Origin: an uncultured bacterium
GTDB lineage: Bacteria; Planctomycetota; SZUA-567; JAKLDR01
Length of the DNA stretch: 64,000 nucleotides
Assembly (NCBI GenBank): GCA_965370045.1
Contig: CBDUSI010000005.1
Location: forward strand, 4,984 to 68,983
Direction of reading: 5' to 3'
The notes beneath the pieces were generated by a model. The model did not search any database. It saw only the letters and a list, made by a program, of their open reading frames with translations, and was not told the origin of the DNA. The translations under genes and the position numbers were made by a program. The number at the start of each line of letters is the position of its first letter. Position 1 is the stretch's first letter. Below are positions 53,201-64,000 of the stretch, piece after piece.

Positions 53201-53215
53201 TACCCCTCCCCGGTA
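53201..53215. promoter_or_regulatory. Candidate CsoR operator (TACCCCTCCCCGGTA)
   Basis: C-rich pseudo-palindrome TACC-N7-GGTA, 59 nt upstream of the csoR ATG. Known CsoR boxes are TACCC...GGGTA-type GC-rich pseudo-palindromes. Eye match only. Confidence 0.3.
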
Positions 53216-53273
53216 CCAGGTTGCAGAGGTGAACAAGGGAGATGGGTGAAGTCAGAAGCAGGAGAGCCGGACA

Positions 53274-53561
53274 ATGATTACAGCAGAGATCACCACCAAC
53301 ACCCACAAGCGTCTCGACAAGATTGCGGGGCAGGTGCGTGGCGTCCGCAAGATGATCGATGAGGGGCGCTACTGCATAGACATACTCAACCAGATCGAGG
53401 CGGTGCGCTCGGCCCTCGGCGCGGTGAACAAGATCATACTCAGGAATCACATAGAAACCTGCGTGGCCAGCGCCCTGCGGAGCAAGGGGCGGAGTGATCG
53501 CAAGCAGAAGATCGATGAGCTCATGAACGTCTACGGGCGGCTCTCCGGAGGCCGGCTGTGA
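53274..53561 (+). CDS. csoR: CsoR/RcnR family metal-sensing transcriptional repressor
   Basis: RLDKIAGQVRGVRKMIDEGRYCIDILNQIEAVRSALGAVNKIILRNHIETCV carries the C-H-C ligand pattern of copper-sensing CsoR. 95 aa. Confidence 0.9.
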   Translation: MITAEITTNTHKRLDKIAGQVRGVRKMIDEGRYCIDILNQIEAVRSALGAVNKIILRNHIETCVASALRSKGRSDRKQKIDELMNVYGRLSGGRL

Positions 53562-55006
53562 AGCGCCGGGAGATGATTATGAAACGTTCGCTCTTCGCCC
53601 TGAGCCTGCTGGCCGCCGCGGCCGCGGGATGCGCGCCCCGGGAAAGCGGACCCGGCTCCGCCCCCCGCGACGTCCCGGCCGCTCCGCGCTCGCGCATAGT
53701 CGGCTTCCAGATCGACGAGCCGCCGGACCTCAAGCTAAGTGACAGATCGAGCCTCAACGAGTATCTGGCCTATGCCGCGCTGCGCAACCCCGGACTGAAA
53801 GCCGCCTTCTACCGCTGGCAGGCGGCGCTGGCGCGCGGAACGCAAGCCCGGAGCCTTCCTGATCCACAAGTCAGGTTCGGCTACTTCATCCGCCAGGTTG
53901 AAACCCGTGTCGGGGCCCAGCGCAGCAAGCTGGGCGTCTCGCAGATGATCCCCTGGCCCGGCAAGCTGGTGCTCGCCGGACAGGTCGCGGAGAAGGCCGC
54001 CGCCGCGGCCCGCCAGCGATACGAAGCCGCCAAGCTGCGACTCTTCTATAGAGTGAAGAACGCCTATTACGAGTACTACTATCTGGCGAAGGCCATTGAG
54101 GTTACCAAGGCAAACGTTGATCTCGTCAAGTATCTCGAACAGGTCGCACGCACCAAGTACAAGGCCGGCGCCGCCAAGCACCCGGACGTCATCAGGGCGC
54201 AGGTGGAGCTCGGCAAGCTCGAGGACCGCTGGAAGTCCCTCCGTGACCTGCGTTCTCCGCTGGTGGCCCAGCTTAATGCGGCGCTGGATCGCCCGGCGGA
54301 AGCTGAGCTCCCCTGGCCCAAAGCGCCGCCGCCCAGGGCACGATTGAATGCCAGGGACGCTCAGGTCCTTGCCGAGGTGAAGACCGCCAACCCCGAACTC
54401 GCCGCCCTGGACGCCGAAATCGAGCGGGCCGGCAAGGCCGTCAGGCTCGCCCGGCAGAGCTACTTCCCCAACTTCATGGTCGGCGTGGACTACGTCTTCA
54501 CCGATGACCCCGATGGCCCCATGCCGACCGAGGACCGCGGCAAGGACCCGGTGATGGTCGGCGTGGGCATAACCCTGCCCCTCTGGCTGGGCAAGAAGCG
54601 GGCGGCGGTGCGCGAAGCACGGGCGCGGTTGCTGGCCACGGGGTTCTCGCGGCGAAACCGCGAGAACGTGCTGCTGGCCCGCGTCAAGAGAGTGCTCTTC
54701 GGGGTGCGAGACGCCGAGCGCAAGATAGATCTTTACGCAGAGGTGCTGATCCCCAAGGCCAAGCAGGCCCTGGGCGCCACGGAGACGGCTTTCAAGGCCG
54801 GCAAAGTCGATTTTCTCAACCTGATTGACGCGCAGCGCGTCCTGCTCGAATTCCAGCTCTCTCACGAACGCGCGCTGAGCCGCCACGCCCAGCGGGTCGG
54901 AGAGCTGGAGATGCTGGTCGGCAAGGCCGTGCCGCTGAAAAGGCTCCCGGGACCGTCCCGGAAGGCTGAGAAGGCGGACACCGATGTGAAGAAGGAAACC
55001 AAGTGA
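53558..55006 (+). CDS. TolC/NodT-family outer membrane efflux lipoprotein (CusC-like)
   Basis: Lipobox SLLAAAAAGC. Two OEP repeats (LNEYLAYAALRNPGLKAA..., TANPELAALDAEIERAGKAVRLARQSYFPN). The start may be ATG 53579 rather than GTG 53558; both have SD-like sequences. Confidence 0.85.
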   Translation: MKRREMIMKRSLFALSLLAAAAAGCAPRESGPGSAPRDVPAAPRSRIVGFQIDEPPDLKLSDRSSLNEYLAYAALRNPGLKAAFYRWQAALARGTQARSLPDPQVRFGYFIRQVETRVGAQRSKLGVSQMIPWPGKLVLAGQVAEKAAAAARQRYEAAKLRLFYRVKNAYYEYYYLAKAIEVTKANVDLVKYLEQVARTKYKAGAAKHPDVIRAQVELGKLEDRWKSLRDLRSPLVAQLNAALDRPAEAELPWPKAPPPRARLNARDAQVLAEVKTANPELAALDAEIERAGKAVRLARQSYFPNFMVGVDYVFTDDPDGPMPTEDRGKDPVMVGVGITLPLWLGKKRAAVREARARLLATGFSRRNRENVLLARVKRVLFGVRDAERKIDLYAEVLIPKAKQALGATETAFKAGKVDFLNLIDAQRVLLEFQLSHERALSRHAQRVGELEMLVGKAVPLKRLPGPSRKAEKADTDVKKETK

Positions 55007-55020
55007 CGGGGAGAACGATC

Positions 55021-55359
55021 ATGAAGAAAGCAATCAGTTCAGCACTCGCCGCGGCTGCGGTCGCGCTCCTGCTGGCCGGCTGCGGCGGTGATGAGGACAA
55101 GAAGACCGGGAAGAAGGACAAGGACACGGCGGCCAAGGTCGACCTCAGCAAGATCGCCCAGAAGACCTGCCCGGTGATGAAGGGCGGGAAGCTCGACGCC
55201 AAGCTGTTCGCGGACCACAAGGGCCGCCGTGTCTATTTTTGCTGCGAGGGCTGCATCGGCGAGTTCAAGAAGGACCCCGAGAAGTACATCAAGATCGTGG
55301 ACGAGGAGATCGCCAAGGACAAGGCCGGCGGGGACGACCACGCGGGACACAAGCACTAG
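55021..55359 (+). CDS. Small lipoprotein with a YHS/TRASH-type metal-binding domain and a His-rich tail
   Basis: Lipobox LLLAGC. CPVMKGGKL...YFCCEGCIGEFKKDPEKY is YHS-like. C-terminal DDHAGHKH. Confidence 0.7.
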   Translation: MKKAISSALAAAAVALLLAGCGGDEDKKTGKKDKDTAAKVDLSKIAQKTCPVMKGGKLDAKLFADHKGRRVYFCCEGCIGEFKKDPEKYIKIVDEEIAKDKAGGDDHAGHKH

Positions 55360-55387
55360 CAGGCCGTTGGTTGAGGAGGGTGAGGCT

Positions 55388-57407
55388 ATGAACGCGGAGA
55401 ACGAAGTCCAAGAGAACGGAGAAGCCAGGTTTCCGGTAGCGTGGCTCGTGATCGGAATCGCCGGCGTGGTGCTTCTCGCCCTCCTCACCCTCGGAGTCGG
55501 ATATGCCATTGGTCGCGCCAGGGGCAAGACGAGTGCCGGGCAAGCGGCCGCCGCGAAGAGAAAGGTCAAGCACTGGACCTGCTCCATGCACCCGCAGATA
55601 GAAAGACCCGGGCCCGGTCAGTGTCCTCTCTGCGGAATGGACCTGATTCCCGTCTATGCGGGCGGGGACGAAGACGAGGGCGAGCGGACCCTCTCGATGT
55701 CCGAAGCGTCCAGGAAGCTCGCGGAGATTCAATGGACCTCCGTGGAACGCAAGTTCGTCGAAGCCGAGATCAACCTGGTCGGCAAGGTGGACTACGACGA
55801 GACCCGGGTCAAGCATATCACTGCCTGGTTTCCCGGCCGCCTGGACAAGCTTTACGTGGACTATACCGGCATCCCGGTGAAGAAGGGCGACCACCTGGTC
55901 TCCGTCTACAGCCCGCAACTGCTGGCCGCACAGGAAGAACTCTTGCAGGCCAAGCGTGCCTACAGTGATGCCCGGAAGAGCAAGTCCGAGTTCATGCTGC
56001 GCTCCTCAAAGGCCACGCTGGAGGCCACCCGGGAGAAGCTGCGCCTGTGGGGCCTGTCGGAGGAGCAGGTCGCGAGCATCGAGAAATCCGGACGGACGCG
56101 CGACCACATGACCGTCTACTCCCCGATGGCGGGCATAGTCATCAAGAAGCATCTCAACCAGGGAGCCTATGTCAAGACTGGCGCCCGCATCTACACCATA
56201 GTGGACCTCTCCCGCGTATGGATCAACCTGGACGCCTACGAGTCCGACCTGCAGTGGATCAGATACGGCCAGGACGTGGAGTTCAGGGTCGAGTCCTACC
56301 CCGGCGAAACGTTTCGCGGCATGATTACCTTCATCCATCCGGTGCTGAACGCCAGGACGCGCACGGTCAAGTTGCGCGTGGTGGCTGATAACTCCAAGGG
56401 CAAGCTCAAGCCCGGCATGTTCGTGCACGCGCGGGTGAAGCCCAGGGTGGCCGCCGGCGGCAAGGTCATGGACCCGCGCCTGGCCGGCAAGTGGATATGC
56501 CCGATGCATCCCGAGGTGATCAAGGAAAAGCCCGGCAAGTGCGACGTCTGCGGGATGCCCCTGGTGAAGACCGAGCAGCTTGGCTACGTGGCAGCGAAGA
56601 AGACCAACGCGCCGCTGGTCATCCCCGCGAGCGCGCCGCTGTTGACCGGCAAGCGCGCCGTGGTCTACGTGAAGGTGCCAGGTGCCAAGCGCCCGACATT
56701 CGAGGGCCGGGAAGTGCTCCTGGGACCCCGCGCGGGCAACTACTACATCGTGCGCAAGGGCCTCGAAGAGAACGAAGAGGTAGTAACCAAGGGCGCCTTC
56801 AAGATCGACAGCGCACTGCAGATCGAAGCCAAGCCCAGCATGATGAGCCCGCCGGCCGGCGCTGCGAGCCCCGAGAAGAAAGGCCCCAAGGACCCCGCCG
56901 ACGTCAAGGCGTTGGGGGCCCCGGCGGAGTTCCGCGCGCAGCTTTCGAAGGTGGTCGCGGCCTACCTGGAACTCCAGAAGGCCCTGGCGGGCGATGACCC
57001 CAAGCTTGCCGCGAAAGCCGCCGCTTCTCTGGAGAAGAAACTCACGACCGTGGACATGAAGCTTCTGAAGGGCAAGGCGCACATGGCCTGGATGAAGGAC
57101 GCGAAGGCCCTGGCGGATACCGCCGGCAAGGTCGCGAAAAGCGGCAAGCTGAAGGAACAGCGGGAAAGTTTCGCCCTTCTCTCCGAGGGGCTGGCCGCGG
57201 CGGTGCGCCGTTTCGGGCTCCCCCCGGAAGATTCGCTCTTCCTGCTCAAGTGCCCCATGGCCTTCAATAACCGCGGCGCCTGGTGGCTTCAGGACGTGGA
57301 GGAAGTCCGAAATCCTTACTTCGGAGCGGCCATGCTCAAGTGTGGCGAAGTAGTGGCGCCCCTGCGGAAGCCGGGCGGGAAGAAGGCCAAAACGAAGGGG
57401 CCTCACC

Positions 57408-57418
<11 letters not shown>
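55388..57418 (+). CDS. cusB: RND efflux periplasmic adaptor (CusB-like) with two heavy-metal-binding domains and a C-terminal DUF3347
   Basis: Start at Met54 of the track ORF (GAGGAGGG upstream). TM anchor. HMBD 1: WTCSMHPQIERPGPGQCPLCGMDLIPV. HMBD 2: WICPMHPEVIKEKPGKCDVCGMPLVKT. HlyD/CusB barrel segments. The C-terminal FRAQLSKVVAAYLELQKALAGDD...LLKCPMAFNNRGAWWLQ is DUF3347-like. Confidence 0.8.
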
Positions 57419-61622
<4,204 letters not shown>

Positions 61623-61686
61623 CGGCCGGGGCGCTTGATTGTCCGACTGCGGCGAGCTATGCTCCCGTTTCCTGAAGGGAGCCCCC

Positions 61687-62274
61687 ATGAGCGACCTGCC
61701 CCTGGTGTTCATCATCGGCGACTCCATTTCGATGGGCTATACGCCGCACGTCGAGAAGCAGCTCGCCGGCCGTGCGCGCGTCGCCCGCCATGAGGGCAAC
61801 GGCGGAGACACGCACAACGTCCTCTCCAACCTGGGCCTCTGGCTGGACGCCCTGGGCGGGAAGCCCGACCTGATTCACGCCAACGCCGGTCTTCACGATC
61901 TGCGCTTCTGGACGGAGAAGGGCGAATACCAGGTCCCGCTGGCCAGCTACGCGAAGAACGTGCGCCTCCTGGCCGGAAAGCTCAAGGAGACCGGCGCGCA
62001 GGTCGTATGGGCGACGACCACCCCGGTCACCGACGGGGCCCCGAACATGAGCGCGGAGTTTCCCCGCAAGAACGCCGACGTCGAGGCTTACAATGCGACC
62101 GCCCTGGAAGCCGTTCGGGAAGCGGGTCTGGCCGTCGACGACCTTCACTTGTTCGTGAAGGAGAGCGGCCCGGAAGGCATGATCACCCCGGACGGGGTGC
62201 ACTTCACTGAGCCCGGCTACGCCGCGCTGGGCGCCCGCGTCGCCCGGGTCATCGTTGACACGCTCGACGGATAG
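61687..62274 (+). CDS. SGNH/GDSL-type hydrolase
   Basis: Start at Met17 (GAAGGGAG upstream). Block I VFIIGDSISMGY. Block III NAGLHD. Block V DGVHFTEPGY. Confidence 0.8.
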   Translation: MSDLPLVFIIGDSISMGYTPHVEKQLAGRARVARHEGNGGDTHNVLSNLGLWLDALGGKPDLIHANAGLHDLRFWTEKGEYQVPLASYAKNVRLLAGKLKETGAQVVWATTTPVTDGAPNMSAEFPRKNADVEAYNATALEAVREAGLAVDDLHLFVKESGPEGMITPDGVHFTEPGYAALGARVARVIVDTLDG

Positions 62275-62322
62275 CCTAGAATCTCCTGCCGCCGTAGACC
62301 CGTCTTGAAAGGGAGAACGCAC

Positions 62323-63108
62323 ATGGATTGGGGAATGCAGAACCGCCTCTCGCGAATCATCCAGCCGAAGAGCGGGCGCGTCGTCATGTTCGCCGTGGAC
62401 CACGGCTACTTCCTGGGCCCGACCACCGGCCTGGAGGACTTCAACGCCACGGTCGACCCGCTGCTGCCGTTTGCCGACTGCCTGATGCTCACCCGCGGGA
62501 TGCTGCGCACCTGCGTGAAACCGGCCGGCGCCCCGCCGATCATGCTGCGCATGTCCGGCGGCAACAGCATCCTCGGTGAACTCTCCGAGGAGGGGCTCAC
62601 CTGCGCCGTCGAAGACGCCGTTCGCCTGGGCGCCTCGGGCATAACCCTCTCCATCTACGTGGGCGGGCAGGGCCAGCGCGAGACGCTGCTCAACCTCGGC
62701 AAGCTCATCGACGAGGGCCAGCGCTACGGGCTGCCGGTCATGGCCGTGACCGCCGTCGGCAAGGAGATGGTCCGCGACGTGCGCTACCTGGGCCTTTGCT
62801 GCCGCATCGCCGCGGAGATCGGCTGCCAGATAGTCAAGACCTACTACTGCGAGGACTTCGCCAAGCTGGTCAAGTCCACGCCGGTGCCGGTGGTCATCGC
62901 CGGCGGCAAGAAGATACCCGAGCCCGAAGCCCTCCAACTGGCCGCCAACGCCATCCGCGACGGCGCCGCCGGCGTGGACATGGGCCGCAACATCTTCCAG
63001 GCCGAGCATCCCGTGGCCATGATCCAGGCGGTGCGCGCCGTGGTCCACGAGGGCGTTTCTCCCCAGCAGGCCCTGGAGCTCTACCGGGACCTCAAGGCCC
63101 GCAAGTAA
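62323..63108 (+). CDS. Class I aldolase of the DhnA/FbaB/LsrF (COG1830) family
   Basis: FAVDHGYFLGP, the Schiff-base lysine context QIVKTYY, VVIAGGKK and GVDMGRNIFQ. Start at ATG 62323 (AAGGGAGA upstream). Confidence 0.8.
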   Translation: MDWGMQNRLSRIIQPKSGRVVMFAVDHGYFLGPTTGLEDFNATVDPLLPFADCLMLTRGMLRTCVKPAGAPPIMLRMSGGNSILGELSEEGLTCAVEDAVRLGASGITLSIYVGGQGQRETLLNLGKLIDEGQRYGLPVMAVTAVGKEMVRDVRYLGLCCRIAAEIGCQIVKTYYCEDFAKLVKSTPVPVVIAGGKKIPEPEALQLAANAIRDGAAGVDMGRNIFQAEHPVAMIQAVRAVVHEGVSPQQALELYRDLKARK

Positions 63109-64000
63109 GTGCGCGCCGCGGTCTACTACAGCAACCACGACGTCCGCGTCGAGGAGCGGCCGGTGCCGGAGATCGGCGCCGACGAACTGCTCTTCCGGGT
63201 GGAGGCCTGCGGGGTCTGCGGCTCGGACGTCCTGGAGTGGTACCGCATCAAGAAGGCGCCCCTGGTCCTGGGCCACGAGGCCGCCGGCACCGTGGAGACC
63301 GTCGGCGCGAACGTGACCCGCTTCGAGCCCGGCGACCGCGTCTTCGTCAGCCACCACGTGCCCTGCAACACCTGCCGCTACTGCCGGGCCGGGCAGCACA
63401 CCGTCTGCCAGACCCTGCACACCACCAACTTCGACCCCGGCGGCTTCGCCGAACTGGTCCGCGTGCCGGCGCTGAACGTCGACCGCGGGGTCTTCAAGCT
63501 GCCCGCGGCGGTCTCCTTCGGGGCGGCCACCTTCATCGAGCCGCTGGCCTGCGTCTTGCGCGGGCAGCGCGCCGCGGGCCTACGGCCCGAACATGCCCTG
63601 GCCGTGCTGGGCAGCGGCATCTCCGGACTGCTGCACATCGCCCTGGCCCGCGCCCGGGGGATTGAACACATATTCGCCACGGACATCAGCGAGTACCGCA
63701 TGGCCAGGGCCCGGGAGCTCGGCGCCGAGGCGGTCTTCGCCGCCACCGACGACGTGCCCGCGCGCATCAGAGAAGCCAACGACGACCGTGGCGCCGACGT
63801 GGTCGTCGTATGCGCCGGGGCGCTCTCCGCGCTCCAGCAGGGGCTCGCGTCGGTGGACCGCGGCGGCACGGTGCTCTTCTTCGCGGTGCCCCCGCCCGGC
63901 GTGGACCTGCCCATACCCGTCAACGACTTCTGGCGCAACGGGGTCACCCTGCTGCCCAGCTACGCCAACAGCCCCGCTGACGCCGAGGAGGCCATCGAGC
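63109..64000 (+). CDS. Zn-dependent medium-chain alcohol/polyol dehydrogenase (threonine/sorbitol dehydrogenase-like), 3' end outside the window
   Basis: Not in the ORF track (no in-window stop). GTG follows the upstream TAA directly. EACGVCGSDV, GHEAAGTV, structural-zinc CNTCRYCRAGQHTVC, and Rossmann VLGSGISG. Confidence 0.85.
   Translation, partial: MRAAVYYSNHDVRVEERPVPEIGADELLFRVEACGVCGSDVLEWYRIKKAPLVLGHEAAGTVETVGANVTRFEPGDRVFVSHHVPCNTCRYCRAGQHTVCQTLHTTNFDPGGFAELVRVPALNVDRGVFKLPAAVSFGAATFIEPLACVLRGQRAAGLRPEHALAVLGSGISGLLHIALARARGIEHIFATDISEYRMARARELGAEAVFAATDDVPARIREANDDRGADVVVVCAGALSALQQGLASVDRGGTVLFFAVPPPGVDLPIPVNDFWRNGVTLLPSYANSPADAEEAIE

Overview
Very GC-rich, gene-dense bacterial chromosomal segment with about 50 protein-coding genes. 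By eye I found no rRNA, tRNA, CRISPR array, transposase or integrase. All calls come from reading the translations, remembered family motifs and the nucleotide sequence; no searches or computations were run.

Layout, left to right:
1. Minus-strand ECF sigma module: the sigma, a 1269-aa FecR-VIT-vWA anti-sigma and two large secreted repeat proteins. The last of these (nt 1-3471) is missing from the ORF track because it runs off the window edge.
2. Nine-gene minus-strand run: nagB, pta, ackA, DUF4954, D-threonine-aldolase-like PLP enzyme, orphan ACP, Gfo/Idh/MocA oxidoreductase, TIM-barrel isomerase, Kv-type K+ channel.
3. Plus-strand sugar-acid/glycan locus: UxaE-like epimerase, ADP-ribosylglycohydrolase-family protein, SDR, GH94-like phosphorylase.
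4. A visibly AT-richer islet with two orphan genes and short repeats.
5. A sigma-70-family gene, apt and trpF.
6. Orphan, DUF4438 and URO-D-like genes.
7. HEAT-thioredoxin lipoprotein plus an NPCBM protein.
8. A frameshifted YiiX-type papain-like gene.
9. A second ECF sigma, divergent from an operon of membrane protein, STAS, half-size TauE and a ThiS-ThiF fusion.
10. SagB-like dehydrogenase, GT4-like protein, plsY, gpsA and two envelope proteins.
11. A DUF2172/DUF4910-AAC(3) fusion.
12. CsoR-headed copper efflux cluster with an unusually long CusA.
13. SGNH hydrolase, class I aldolase and a Zn-ADH truncated at the right edge.

Many long ORFs in the supplied track are opposite-strand shadows typical of high-GC DNA, or 5' over-extensions of real genes. 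Lineage cannot be determined here. The many ECF/FecR, HEAT/TPR/NPCBM secreted proteins and lipoproteins are reminiscent of PVC-type (Planctomycetota-like) genomes, which is only a weak inference.

The best candidates for something undescribed are the STAS / half-TauE / ThiS-ThiF operon, the giant VIT-vWA anti-sigma module, and the pta-ackA-DUF4954-PLP-ACP run.
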